A stretch of 64,000 nucleotides of DNA from Bacteroidota bacterium (GCA_009786185.1 WQTS01000144.1:46127-110126), one strand, 5' to 3'. Counted from the first letter of the stretch, positions 35,581 through 45,297 are shown. Translations and numbers: made by a program. Notes: generated from the letters alone by a model not told the origin.

Positions 35581-35676
35581 ACAGAACAGCAAAAAGAAGT
35601 TCCTTGAGAAAAAATATAAACAATGGGGTAGGTATATTTTTTTTGTCAAAATGTATGCAGGGTTGTCAAAGTTTGT

Positions 35677-35684
35677 TATTTTTG
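35677..35684 (+). promoter_or_regulatory. -7 box TATTTTTG upstream of the amidase gene
   Basis: TAnnTTTG match 39 nt upstream of the ATG at 35723. Confidence 0.4.
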
Positions 35685-35722
35685 TACTCGCTCTTAAATA
35701 TTTTATGCAAAAATATAAGATT

Positions 35723-36901
35723 ATGAACATAAAAACGCTATTTTTAGTATGTTTCGTATTAACTTTTTTTAACGTAATAACATTTGGACAGGCTAAAGAT
35801 AAAATATCGAAAATTGTAATTGATGCGGGACACGGTGGAAGAATGCCCGGAGCCGTGGGTAAATTGTCTAAAGAGAAGGATATTAACCTCAAAGTAGCTC
35901 TGCGGGTTGGCAAACTGATTTCCGATAATTTTGATGATGTTACCGTGATTTATACACGAAAAAATGACGAAAACGTAGAACTTTACAAACGTGCCGAAAT
36001 TGCGAATAAAAACAAAGCCGATCTGTTCATCTCCATCCATTGTAATGCTGCCGAGAATAAAGATGCCAACGGTGTGGAAGTTTTTGTAATGGGTTTAGAC
36101 AAATCGGAAGCAAGTATGGCGGTTGCAAGAAAAGAGAACGCGGATATGTTGCTGGAAAAAGACCACGAAACAAAATACTCCGACTTTGACCCCAATTCGC
36201 CGGAAGCGTACATTGTTTTTTCTTTATACAGCTCTGCCTATTTGAACAGCTCTACGATCTTTGCTTCTAAAGTACAAAAACATTTGGTTAATAATACAAA
36301 AATGGCAGATCGCTCCGTGCGGCAAGCTGGTCTCTGGGTACTTTACAGAGTAGCCATGCCCAGCATTTTAATTGAATTGGGCTTTATTTCCAACGCAACA
36401 GAAGAAAAATACCTAATTCGCGAAGACTCACAAGAATTGATGGCAATAAGCATTTACAACGCTTTTGTAGAATACAAAAACTTAGTAGAAGGCACATCAA
36501 AACCTTATTTGCCGGTTCCGAAAGCGGGAAAACCGACTCCTAAACCTGAGGTCGCTAATGTCCCTAAGGCCATAAGCGAAGAAGTAATAACCACAGACAG
36601 TGCAACAATTGTAGAAATCCCACAAATAGCATCGACTACCAGCGAGATTCGCTTTCGCATCCAATTTTTTACAAGCAAAGATAATTTAAAAACCTCCGAT
36701 AAAAGATTTAATGCACTACCGGAGGTTAAAAAGTACAACGAAAACGGTGTTTGGAAATATACAGCAGGAGATTTTAGAACTCTGGAAGAGACACAAATAA
36801 CACTAAAGGAAGTGAAAAAGAGACATTCCGATGCTTTTATTATTGCGTTTCACAACGAACGAAAAATATCTGTTCAAGAAGCGCAAGATTTGTTGAAATG
36901 A
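35723..36901 (+). CDS. N-acetylmuramoyl-L-alanine amidase (Amidase_3) with a C-terminal SPOR domain
   Basis: Signal peptide MNIKTLFLVCFVLTFFNVITFGQA. Amidase_3 motifs IVIDAGHGG, FISIHCNA and ILIELGFISN. SPOR-like C-terminus IRFRIQFFTSKDN...WKYTAGDFRTLEE...SDAFIIAF. Confidence 0.85.
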   Translation: MNIKTLFLVCFVLTFFNVITFGQAKDKISKIVIDAGHGGRMPGAVGKLSKEKDINLKVALRVGKLISDNFDDVTVIYTRKNDENVELYKRAEIANKNKADLFISIHCNAAENKDANGVEVFVMGLDKSEASMAVARKENADMLLEKDHETKYSDFDPNSPEAYIVFSLYSSAYLNSSTIFASKVQKHLVNNTKMADRSVRQAGLWVLYRVAMPSILIELGFISNATEEKYLIREDSQELMAISIYNAFVEYKNLVEGTSKPYLPVPKAGKPTPKPEVANVPKAISEEVITTDSATIVEIPQIASTTSEIRFRIQFFTSKDNLKTSDKRFNALPEVKKYNENGVWKYTAGDFRTLEETQITLKEVKKRHSDAFIIAFHNERKISVQEAQDLLK

Positions 36902-37422
36902 AGCTTATTATTAAATACTTACGCCTGATTTTACCTCATTTGGGCATCGTGCTTATTATTTTGGCGATGATCTTGGGACATTTTTATAATTGGCGCGGAA
37001 AAGCCGTTCTGCTCACTACCGATAAAACCAACGTTTTCATTACTAAAAAAAAAGAGATTAAAATTGTTCCTTACGCTTTAACTTTAACTGATTTTAACGT
37101 AACTCATTACGATACGGGAGAACCAAAGAGTTTTGAAGCGCTTATTAACGTAGAGGAAAATAATGTAATAAAACCTATTGCTCTATATGTGAACCATCCT
37201 TGCAAAATGGGTTTCGGGCAAGATTTGTATTTGATAAGTTACCATTATTTGCAACCGGAAAATGCTATTTGCTGTGTAGTGGAATTGGTGTACGATCCGT
37301 TTCAAGGGGTGTTTTTAGCGGGAATTATTGTATTGATTGCGGGGTTGTTGCTTTCGTTGCCGTTTAACGTGCGGACGAGGGCGAGAGGCATACTCCAAAG
37401 TCAACTAAGAGTTAAAAATTAA
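36898..37422 (+). CDS. Small membrane protein with similarity to the C-terminal part of ResB/Ccs1-family proteins
   Basis: ATGA start/stop overlap with the amidase gene. It has N- and C-terminal TM helices. LTLTDFNV...KSFEALINVEE...LYVNHPCKMGFGQDLYLISY resembles the ResB pattern (L.dF...f.S.v.v...VNhPl...G..lYq). Confidence 0.45.
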   Translation: MKLIIKYLRLILPHLGIVLIILAMILGHFYNWRGKAVLLTTDKTNVFITKKKEIKIVPYALTLTDFNVTHYDTGEPKSFEALINVEENNVIKPIALYVNHPCKMGFGQDLYLISYHYLQPENAICCVVELVYDPFQGVFLAGIIVLIAGLLLSLPFNVRTRARGILQSQLRVKN

Positions 37423-37433
37423 GAATCAAAAAT

Positions 37434-38645
37434 ATGTTACTATACGCCTCCAATATCACACCTCGAATTTCCTACACTTTTCGTGTAATATTTGAACGTA
37501 TTTTAAATTGCCCTATAAAATTTACTGCAAATATTGATGCCTTTTTGGCTACTAAGGGTCCGAAGATGGCGTATTCCCCCCAACAAATAGAAACGTCGGT
37601 TTGGATGGAAGCCACGCCGCTACTTTTTGAAGATAACATTGTCAAACAGAATATTGTTCCTGAAAAATGGGAAGATATAATGCTCTTTTATCCCACAAAA
37701 AACGGAAATTTTCCTGTAGATTTTGTTGCAATTATTTTCTTTTTAATCAGTCGCTATGAAGAATATTATGAAGACAATATGCTTGACAAGCATGACCGTT
37801 TTCAATGCCAAAACAGCGTAGCGCATAAACTTGGTTGGCACAGAAAATTGATAGTTCATAGACTGGCGATTGCGATTGCAGAAATTTTAGTAGCGTATTA
37901 TCCGCAATTTGAGTATAAAACTCCCCAATATGAGGAGTTATCTACCCATGATGTGGATATTGCGTACCAATATAAAGGGAAACCTTGGTGGCGCTGGTGT
38001 GGTGCAATTACAAAAGCCTTGTTGCGACTTCGCTTTGAACACGCAAACAATTACTTGAAAGCAACTTTAGGAAAAGAAATTGCTGATCCTTTCGATAATT
38101 TTGAACCGGAAAATGCACCGAGCAAACCAATATACTTTATCCTCACATCAAATTTTACAAAATACGATAAAAATATTTCACCAAAAAATAAAGCATTTAG
38201 AGATTTAATTCGTCGCTTAGTAGAGTTTTCGGAAATTGGACTACACCCTTCTTATTATTCTTCGAATAAAACATCATTAATTGAAAAAGAAAAAAAATGT
38301 TTGGAGGAGGTTTCACAACTAAAAATTACAAAATCGCGACAACATTTCCTACGATTCCGTTTTCCGGATACGTTTCGAGCTTTGATAAAAGCCGGAATTA
38401 CAGACGATTACTCATTGGGTTGGCATGATGAAGCGGGATTTCGCGCTTCCATTGCCGTACCTTATCCGTTTTTCGACTTAGTAAAAAATGAAGAAACGAC
38501 ACTGATGTTACATCCGTTGGCGTTGATGGATGGGATTTTTAGTAGAGAAGAAGATGAAGTGATTTTGGATGAATTGCGGGAAGAGGTGGAAAAGATGGGA
38601 GGAGATCTCATTGTTCTGACCCATAATTCAAACATTAAATATTAA
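37434..38645 (+). CDS. Hypothetical protein (possibly polysaccharide-deacetylase-like)
   Basis: 403-aa ORF with good coding character. The N-terminal LLYASNITPRISYTFRVIFERIL resembles a family seen in Flavobacteriia, but I cannot assign a function from sequence alone. Confidence 0.5.
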   Translation: MLLYASNITPRISYTFRVIFERILNCPIKFTANIDAFLATKGPKMAYSPQQIETSVWMEATPLLFEDNIVKQNIVPEKWEDIMLFYPTKNGNFPVDFVAIIFFLISRYEEYYEDNMLDKHDRFQCQNSVAHKLGWHRKLIVHRLAIAIAEILVAYYPQFEYKTPQYEELSTHDVDIAYQYKGKPWWRWCGAITKALLRLRFEHANNYLKATLGKEIADPFDNFEPENAPSKPIYFILTSNFTKYDKNISPKNKAFRDLIRRLVEFSEIGLHPSYYSSNKTSLIEKEKKCLEEVSQLKITKSRQHFLRFRFPDTFRALIKAGITDDYSLGWHDEAGFRASIAVPYPFFDLVKNEETTLMLHPLALMDGIFSREEDEVILDELREEVEKMGGDLIVLTHNSNIKY

Positions 38646-38663
38646 ATCTTTAAATTTTAAATC

Positions 38664-38694
38664 AAAAAAGAGAGCAAACTGCTCCCTTTTTTTT
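38664..38694. terminator. Putative bidirectional terminator between convergent 37434..38645 and rplT
   Basis: A short GC stem (GAGC-AAACT-GCTC) is flanked by an A-run and a T-run. Confidence 0.45.
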
Positions 38695-38727
38695 CATTGC
38701 ACAAACACTTTACTAATTTATTGTTGA

Positions 38728-39075
38728 TTACTTTTTAGCAAGATCAACAATAGCTTTAAATGCCTCGGGATTATTCATTGCGAGGTCGGCGAGGGCTTTG
38801 CGGTTAAGCTCAATACCCTTCTTTGCAAGCGTACCCATAAATACGGAATACGATAAGCCGTGTACTCGAACGCCCGCATTGATACGGGTGATCCACAAAC
38901 TTCTAAAGGCTCTTTTTTTGTTTTTACGATCGCGGTAAGCGTATTGTTGTCCTTTTTCCCAAGTATTCTTGGCAACAGTCCATACGTTTTTACGGCGTAA
39001 GAAGTACCCTTTGGTACGACTCAAAATCTTTTTTCTACGTGCTTTTGAAGCAACATGGTTAACTGATCTTGGCAT
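38728..39075 (-). CDS. rplT: 50S ribosomal protein L20
   Basis: [18 protein letters not shown]...[10 protein letters not shown]...[10 protein letters not shown] is canonical L20. Confidence 0.95.
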   Translation of the reverse strand: MPRSVNHVASKARRKKILSRTKGYFLRRKNVWTVAKNTWEKGQQYAYRDRKNKKRAFRSLWITRINAGVRVHGLSYSVFMGTLAKKGIELNRKALADLAMNNPEAFKAIVDLAKK

Positions 39076-39158
39076 AAATTCTCCTTTCTTTTTTTTACGT
39101 CAGCGTTTTGTTAAACAAACTCTTCATGTGCTGATGGTAAATTAATAACTCATTTTAA

Positions 39159-39353
39159 TTATAGTCCCAACATTTTTTTGATGGTACTTTCCATAGTCTT
39201 ATCGGCGATAGCGCTGTAAGCCAAATTACGTTTCCTCTTGTTAGATTTTTTCGTAAGAATGTGGCTGTGATAAGCATGGTGTCTTTTCACTTTACCGGTG
39301 CCGGTTAAGGTAAACCTTTTTTTGGCAGCGGATTTAGATTTCATTTTTGGCAT
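39159..39353 (-). CDS. rpmI: 50S ribosomal protein L35
   Basis: [34 protein letters not shown] is canonical L35. Confidence 0.95.
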   Translation of the reverse strand: MPKMKSKSAAKKRFTLTGTGKVKRHHAYHSHILTKKSNKRKRNLAYSAIADKTMESTIKKMLGL

Positions 39354-39482
39354 TTTTAGTAAATTTTAAGGTGAATAATATAGTGTGTTGTGCAATTTTA
39401 ATGGTTAATTTTAAATTTTGAGTTTTGAATTTTGAGTGATTGATGATTATGCGATTTTATTTTTAAATTCAGAATTCAAAAT

Positions 39483-40046
39483 TTATTTTTTCGGATTTAA
39501 AATCATGATCATCCGCTTCCCCTCTAATTTGGGAAGTTGTTCAGGTTTTCCAAATTCTTCTACCGCTTGCGCAAATTTTAACAAAATCAACTCGCCTTGA
39601 TCTTTGTAAACAATCATTCTTCCTTTAAAGAAAACATCTACTTTCACTTTGCAGCCTTCTTTTAAAAACTTCGTGGCGTGATTTACTTTAAAATCAAAAT
39701 CATGGTCATCCGTGTGAGGTCCCAAGCGAATCTCTTTTACCACAATTTTAGCCGATTTTGCCTTGATCTCTTTTTGTTTTTTCTTTTGTTCATAAAGGAA
39801 CTTTTGATAATCCATTACTTTACAAACCGGTGGATTCGCTTGAGGCGAAATTTCCACCAAATCCAACTCAGATTTTTCTGCTACGGCTAATGCTTCGCGA
39901 AGTGACAAAATTTGAGGTTCCATATTGTCTCCTACCACGCGCACCATAGGCGCGGTTATGTACTCATTAATCTTATGAGCGGCTTCTTTCTTTTGCGGAC
40001 CACCCCTGCGAACAAACGGACGGAAGTTTTGCGTTGCGATATGTAT
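39483..40046 (-). CDS. infC: Translation initiation factor IF-3 with a non-AUG start (exact start uncertain: ATA 40046, ATC 40040 or ATT 39971)
   Basis: The conserved N-domain start KINEYITAPMVRVVG lies upstream of the first ATG (39947). The frame is open back to a TAA at 40062-40064 and contains no ATG, GTG or TTG. Confidence 0.85.
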   Translation of the reverse strand: MHIATQNFRPFVRRGGPQKKEAAHKINEYITAPMVRVVGDNMEPQILSLREALAVAEKSELDLVEISPQANPPVCKVMDYQKFLYEQKKKQKEIKAKSAKIVVKEIRLGPHTDDHDFDFKVNHATKFLKEGCKVKVDVFFKGRMIVYKDQGELILLKFAQAVEEFGKPEQLPKLEGKRMIMILNPKK

Positions 40047-40125
40047 CTCCTTTCTTTTGGTTTATAATGACTTTGCTTCTAAAAAATTAGGGGCGCAAAA
40101 ATATAATTTTTTTAATATTAACATG

Positions 40126-40713
40126 CTAATTTTTTATTTTATCCAACCAATTTCTATCATTCGAGTTCTCATAATGTTCCAGTTTATCAAAGAGTTCATT
40201 CAACGTAGTGGCAACAATCAATAAGTCAAAATGAAAATCACGTAGAAAACCTTCGTTTTGAAATATTTTAAGTTGCTCAATAAGTGGCGAATAATATCCG
40301 AAAGCATTAAGAATGGCAACAGGTTTGTGGTGCAATCCAAGTTGCGCATCGGTAAGCGTTTCAAAAAATTCGTCCATGGTACCGTAGGAACCGGGCAGCG
40401 CAACAATGGCATCGGCGCAACGTTCCAGCATTTGTTTACGTTCACTCATGGAATCTACCAAATAAAGCTCATCTAATGTGGTGTCTATCACGGTGGAATT
40501 GGAAAAAAAAGAAGGAGCTATGCCTACTACTTTTCCGTTGTTGGCGCGACAGGCATCTGCGGCAGCTTTCATCAATCCTAATGCGGCGCCGCCATAATAT
40601 AATGTAATATGATGTTGCGCACACCGTTGCCCAAAAGCAGCAGCAAGTTCTTTATATTTAGAATGAAAACCATCGGCAGAACCGCAAAACAAGGCTATGG
40701 AATTGATTTTCAT
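40126..40713 (-). CDS. LOG-family protein (cytokinin riboside 5'-monophosphate phosphoribohydrolase / TIGR00730)
   Basis: Has YYGGAALGLMKAAAD and the PGGxGTxxE-type motif LPGSYGTMDEFFE. Confidence 0.85.
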   Translation of the reverse strand: MKINSIALFCGSADGFHSKYKELAAAFGQRCAQHHITLYYGGAALGLMKAAADACRANNGKVVGIAPSFFSNSTVIDTTLDELYLVDSMSERKQMLERCADAIVALPGSYGTMDEFFETLTDAQLGLHHKPVAILNAFGYYSPLIEQLKIFQNEGFLRDFHFDLLIVATTLNELFDKLEHYENSNDRNWLDKIKN

Positions 40714-41423
40714 GAATGTAATATTTTAGTTAAACCAAATTGAATGAGAGAAATGAAGATATAGAGCAAAATAATGATGGGGAATGCTGCCAATTGAAAA
40801 GCCACCAATAGAATTGCCGATAAAATTAAGAAAAGATAACGTATCAAATTCTTCTTGAAATTATAGTTAGAAAATTTTAAAGAAAACATGGGAAGTTCGA
40901 GAACGAGCAGTATGGAGAAAATGAACGTTAAGCCAAGTAACGCCCAAAAATTATCTAATAACGGCAATTTATCTGCTGCAAAAGGCAAAAAAGCGATAAA
41001 AAATGTGTTTGCTGGCGTGGCTAACCCGTAAAATTCATGTTCTTGTCGTTTATCGTTATTAAATTTAGCCAAGCGATAAGCGGAAAATGGAACAATGATA
41101 AAGGCAAAATAGGGTAGGAGAGTGAGCGGAAAAAAATGCAATTCCGGCGGCAGGTTTGCAAAACAAAACTCCATCCACATAAAGAGGATGGCAGCGGGAG
41201 CAAGCCCAAACGAGATGACATCGGCAAGTGAATCTAAATCAACGCCAATGGCTGATTTTGCATTTAGCAGTCGTGCAGCAAATCCATCTAAAAAATCGAA
41301 AATGGCGGCGCCAAGTATTAATAATGCAGCGGTTTCCCAAAAACCTTTGAAGGCAAATACTATTGAAAATGAGCCTAAAAGCACATTGCAACAAGTAAGT
41401 AAATTAGGAATGTGTTTTTTCAT
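40710..41423 (-). CDS. pssA: CDP-diacylglycerol--serine O-phosphatidyltransferase
   Basis: CDP-alcohol phosphatidyltransferase motif DFLDGFAARLLNAKSAIGVDLDSLADVISFG in a multi-TM protein. It overlaps the LOG gene by 4 nt. Confidence 0.8.
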   Translation of the reverse strand: MKKHIPNLLTCCNVLLGSFSIVFAFKGFWETAALLILGAAIFDFLDGFAARLLNAKSAIGVDLDSLADVISFGLAPAAILFMWMEFCFANLPPELHFFPLTLLPYFAFIIVPFSAYRLAKFNNDKRQEHEFYGLATPANTFFIAFLPFAADKLPLLDNFWALLGLTFIFSILLVLELPMFSLKFSNYNFKKNLIRYLFLILSAILLVAFQLAAFPIIILLYIFISLIQFGLTKILHS

Positions 41424-42690
41424 TACAGTAAATTTTATTCGTCATAATTTCTAAGGTAAGCTCATCGGTGGCATCCATGCCGTAGCGTCCAATTCTGCCT
41501 AAGCTGCCAATGCTCCTTTCCAAACTGTCTTCGCTCAACCCATCGGTTTCGTTTACCACAATACCGCGAATAGCGATGGTAGAACAGTCGAATGCAGCAT
41601 TTAATCCGGTGGATATTTTCAGCGCGCACGAAGGTTTTGCGCCGTCGCAAACCATGCCGGTAATCGTATTAATCATGTTTTTGATGACATAACTAATATG
41701 TGTAAAATCTCCGCCTTGCAAATAAACAAATCCGCAAGCTACACCAATAGAAGCATTTACAATGCCACATAGCGCGCTTAGTTTGCCAATATGTTGCTTG
41801 AGGTAAATATTCATCAAATTGCTTAAAACGAGCGCTCTATTGATTTCTTCAACACTACATCCCAACTCTTTCCCAAATTCATACACAGGAATCGTACAGG
41901 TAATTCCTTGATTTCCACTACCGCTGTTGGAATATACCGGTGCAGGAGCGCCTTCCATACGTGCATCTGAAGCAGCGCATGTTTTGGCTATTACTCTTTT
42001 TCTGAGCGAATTATCTTCATCGTTATACAGAATTTTGCCTAATTGCAATCCGTAATCTCCCTGCATGCCAATTTCAGAGGCTTTGGCATTGACGGTTGCA
42101 GTATCCATTACCCAGCTAATCTCTACTAAAGGCGCTTCTATCGCATACTGGTATACATCTTTTGCTGAAATATGCAACTCTACCTCATTTTTAGATTCAA
42201 CTCCATCATCTTCTTGTTCAAGACGATATAATATATCATTGTTTTTTTGTAAATGAATAAAATTCAAATGATTATATGCAATAATGGCAGTCGCGGTGTT
42301 GTGCTTGCCATAGATGCGACATTCTATGTATAACTTTTCCGGTGTAGTAGTTTGTTTAATATCAATGCTATTATTTTCAAGCCATTGCTTTGCTTTTTCT
42401 ACATGTTCCGCAACATCGCTTAAAACATCCAATCCTTTCTTGCTGTCTCCACATACCACTCCCAAGCTAATGGCGATGGGCAAGCCAATCATGCCGGTTC
42501 CGGGAATTCCCACGCCCATAGCATTTTTGATAATGTTTTTGCTCAAAAACAGCTCCACTTTAGCAGGCAACTCCTCTAACAGCTCTTTGGCTTTTGCTAC
42601 GCATAGCGCTACTGCAACGGGTTCCGTGCACCCGGTAGCTAAAACGATGTTTTCTTGAAGCAGATTCCGGATTATATCCTTAGAATTCAT
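41404..42690 (-). CDS. UPF0597 / YhaM-CyuA-family protein (serine-dehydratase-alpha-like, putative L-cysteine desulfidase)
   Basis: N-terminal LATGCTEPVAVALCVAKA and internal SGSGNQGI are characteristic of this family. Confidence 0.75.
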   Translation of the reverse strand: MNSKDIIRNLLQENIVLATGCTEPVAVALCVAKAKELLEELPAKVELFLSKNIIKNAMGVGIPGTGMIGLPIAISLGVVCGDSKKGLDVLSDVAEHVEKAKQWLENNSIDIKQTTTPEKLYIECRIYGKHNTATAIIAYNHLNFIHLQKNNDILYRLEQEDDGVESKNEVELHISAKDVYQYAIEAPLVEISWVMDTATVNAKASEIGMQGDYGLQLGKILYNDEDNSLRKRVIAKTCAASDARMEGAPAPVYSNSGSGNQGITCTIPVYEFGKELGCSVEEINRALVLSNLMNIYLKQHIGKLSALCGIVNASIGVACGFVYLQGGDFTHISYVIKNMINTITGMVCDGAKPSCALKISTGLNAAFDCSTIAIRGIVVNETDGLSEDSLERSIGSLGRIGRYGMDATDELTLEIMTNKIYCNEKTHS

Positions 42691-42720
42691 GAGTTTATCT
42701 TTATTTTACGTTTGAAAAAT

Positions 42721-42804
42721 GAAGAAGCAAAAATAGCAAATAGTTTTTCATATGCTACTTAGTGAGCTTGAAAAGATAAGGGTTTGGTATTTTTTGCTTC
42801 ATTC
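42721..42804. terminator. Imperfect long inverted repeat (GAAGCAAAAATA ... TATTTTTTGCTTC) downstream of the TonB-dependent receptor gene
   Basis: ~12-bp arms with one bulge and a ~50-nt loop, seen by eye. Function is uncertain. Confidence 0.3.
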
Positions 42805-42807
42805 GAT

Positions 42808-45153
42808 TTACTTTAAAGTTACCCTTACTCCAAGATATCCCATAATCCCCGTGATTGGCATATAAATGACGGAAGCATCAAAATATTCCCCAAACGGCTG
42901 GTCTGCAGCAATAATCGGATTTTTTTGCCTGTAATTCAGCATATTTTCTCCGCCAATGTAAAGTTCCCATAAACGGAACTTCTTGGTAATTTGCGCATTC
43001 ATCATCACCCAGCCGGGAGATTTGCCGTTTTTATTTAATATCGGACGGTATTCTTCAGGATTGCCGCTCATATCGGGCACGCGCATCGGCGAGTTGTATT
43101 GAAACGTAACATTAAACTTCCATTTGTCGTAAGGCAATGCGTAGTTTAAGTTTACCAGCGCTTTATGCGGACTCATTAACGTTTTTTGTTGCAATTTTCC
43201 TGCGGTGGTCAAACGAACATCATTAAAACGATACGCTAAAGTAACCTCAAAGCGTTTAAAAGGCATCAAGATAAACTCTGCTTGTGCTGCATGTGAATAA
43301 GATAGATTGCCTGCTCCGTTGAATTTGCCGTTTAAATTATAAATCACCACCTCATGCGGGTTAATATCCAAATCTATAATGGTTTGATTCATAAAATGGG
43401 TATAATAATAATCCACACTAAACGTAGATTTTCCGCCGGGCATGTTAAAGCTTTGTACCAAACTTATTCCGGTGTTCCATGCTTCTTCCGGTACTAAGGG
43501 ATCAGCGAAAACGAATTGGCGATTACTTACTAATAAGGATAGATTTTCAATTATAGGATTAGAAACGCGGTACCCTTTTCCGGCAGAAATACGAACGGAA
43601 GTTTCGTGCGTGGGTTGCCATTTTATGTGCAAACGGGGTGTCCAAAAAAGTTGCTCGTGAAATAAATTGTAATCTACTCTAAATCCCGGCATAATGATAA
43701 ATTTTTCCGCAATGGAATAAGCATATTCCGCAAAAAATCCGGGAACAGCCTCAGCCCTTTTAGAATTGTGGCCTAAATAAGGTGAATTTAAAAAGTTGCT
43801 GTCGAGATAGACAAAAGCTATATGGGTTCCTAAATACTCATTTACCTGGTCTATTTGAAAACTTGCTCCGGTACCAATTCTGTGGTTTTTCATAGCCCCA
43901 AATTTTCCGGTGTAAATCACATTGGCATAGCCGCTTAACTGCGTAGCATTGTACAGACGTGTCCCAAATTGTGATTCATTATTTTGATAATTAAGCGATA
44001 AAATGGTTCCAATACTCTGAAACTCGCCGCCTTTAATCATAACGCCATTTTTGGTAATCACATCCAATTTGTGTGTTTTGATGTGTAAGCCCCAAATTGA
44101 ATCGGCAACCAATTCTCCAATATATTTTTTAGGATTAAAATTCATCATTCCGCCAATTCTATCTTCAAAAAGATAACCAATCATCGTTCTGCCTTCAAAT
44201 TTTTCGGGAACTAAGTAATCTAAACGATACATTCCGTTAATTTGATAGTTTTGAGGCACATCCATAAAACCATCTCGATTATGGTCAATTCTGGCAAACT
44301 GCCCTTCGCCATGCAACAAAAACAAACTGGATACCAATCCTTTTTTGTCCATGTCAAAACGAGTATTCAAATTTAGCTCGCCTTTTCCCATACTGTTAGT
44401 ATAGGCGTTTAAAAACAGTTTTTCTTTGTTGGTTTCCGGTTTTTTAAAATCCAATTGAATTTGTCCTGTAATTCCTTCATAACCATTGCTTACCGAAGCA
44501 GTTCCTTTAGAAATGCTGATCATATCCATCCATGGACCGGGCACGTAGCCTAAACCGAACTGGTTGGCTAACAATCTGATATAAGGCACATTTTCTAATA
44601 AAATTTGTGTGTAAATTCCTGCTAATCCCAACATGGAAATCTGTTTCGCACCGCTCACGGCATCGGAATATTCTACATCTACCGCAATGGTGCTTTCAAA
44701 AGTTTCCGATAGGTTGCAACAGGCGGCGCGGCGCAAACCTTCGCTGGTAATCACTTGTGTAAAAATTGGTTTTATGGAAATAAACGAGCCTTCTCGTGCC
44801 ACAACCTGCACGGCATCTAATGTACGCGAGGAGGACAAGACGATGTTTAGTTCTTTTTGATTTTTTGCTACTATAATGGTATCATTTTCGTATGAGGCAT
44901 ATTTTACCACTAAAACATCAGTGCTTTGTACTCTGTTGAGTGTGAATTTTCCATCACGATTGGAAGTGGTGCCTACGGAGGAATTGAGCCATTGCAAAAT
45001 AGCTCCCGGAACCGGCGTTTCTGTTCCATTTTCCGAAAATTCGGTAACACGACCGGTGAGGGGTTGCGCAGAACAGGGGAGAAAGGAGAAAAGGAGAAAG
45101 GAGAAAAGGAGAAAGGAGAAAGGAATTTTGTCTTTTATTTTTGATTTATTCAT
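42808..45153 (-). CDS. TonB-dependent receptor with an N-terminal CarboxypepD_reg-like domain
   Basis: LTGRVTEFSENGTETPVPGAILQWLNSSVGTTSNRDGKFTL is the carboxypeptidase-regulatory-like part. The plug region is SLSETFESTIAVDVEYSDAVSGAKQISMLGLAG. The protein has a beta-barrel body. Confidence 0.85.
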   Translation of the reverse strand: MNKSKIKDKIPFSFLLFSFLLFSFLPCSAQPLTGRVTEFSENGTETPVPGAILQWLNSSVGTTSNRDGKFTLNRVQSTDVLVVKYASYENDTIIVAKNQKELNIVLSSSRTLDAVQVVAREGSFISIKPIFTQVITSEGLRRAACCNLSETFESTIAVDVEYSDAVSGAKQISMLGLAGIYTQILLENVPYIRLLANQFGLGYVPGPWMDMISISKGTASVSNGYEGITGQIQLDFKKPETNKEKLFLNAYTNSMGKGELNLNTRFDMDKKGLVSSLFLLHGEGQFARIDHNRDGFMDVPQNYQINGMYRLDYLVPEKFEGRTMIGYLFEDRIGGMMNFNPKKYIGELVADSIWGLHIKTHKLDVITKNGVMIKGGEFQSIGTILSLNYQNNESQFGTRLYNATQLSGYANVIYTGKFGAMKNHRIGTGASFQIDQVNEYLGTHIAFVYLDSNFLNSPYLGHNSKRAEAVPGFFAEYAYSIAEKFIIMPGFRVDYNLFHEQLFWTPRLHIKWQPTHETSVRISAGKGYRVSNPIIENLSLLVSNRQFVFADPLVPEEAWNTGISLVQSFNMPGGKSTFSVDYYYTHFMNQTIIDLDINPHEVVIYNLNGKFNGAGNLSYSHAAQAEFILMPFKRFEVTLAYRFNDVRLTTAGKLQQKTLMSPHKALVNLNYALPYDKWKFNVTFQYNSPMRVPDMSGNPEEYRPILNKNGKSPGWVMMNAQITKKFRLWELYIGGENMLNYRQKNPIIAADQPFGEYFDASVIYMPITGIMGYLGVRVTLK
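45078..45125. repeat. Tandem 15-mer GGAGAAAGGAGAAAA x~3.3
   Basis: Read directly from the sequence. On the minus strand it encodes the hydrophobic core FSFLLFSFLLFSFLP of the receptor signal peptide. Confidence 0.9.
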
Positions 45154-45203
45154 TTTATAATATTTTAAATGATTTAGTAAAATAGTAACTCTTCTTTGTG
45201 CAA

Positions 45204-45297
45204 CTCTGTGCCTCCTCTGTGGTTCTCTGTGTTTAAAAAAATATGTTCCTCAGCTTTCAGTGTTTTTTACACGGAGAACCACAGAGGAGGCACAGAG
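45204..45297. repeat. Inverted-repeat element built from CACAGAG words (28-bp arms, 1 mismatch, 38-nt spacer)
   Basis: CTCTGTGCCTCCTCTGTGGTTCTCTGTG (45204-45231) pairs with CACGGAGAACCACAGAGGAGGCACAGAG (45270-45297). It lies between two co-directional minus-strand genes. Confidence 0.9.

Noticed and set aside
35581-35913. N-terminal 111 codons of the tracked 1000-aa minus-strand ORF (LptD-like gene)
   Set aside because: The extension runs across the divergent amidase promoter and the first 190 nt of the amidase CDS. It encodes non-signal-like junk (PTRRATLRLISFSLDNL...). The OstA-like protein needs a signal peptide, which appears only at MHFIFSNLSAQ.
40126-40713. LOG/SLOG-type protein as a Thoeris-like partner of the TIR gene
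   Set aside because: It is ~27 kb away and overlaps pssA in a housekeeping operon. It is a canonical single-domain LOG (PGGxGTxxE) with no SIR2 or TM effector fusion.
45078-45125. Possible CRISPR-like array or other spaced repeat
   Set aside because: The units are contiguous 15-mers with no spacers, only ~3 copies, and they sit in frame within a signal peptide. No cas genes are in the window.
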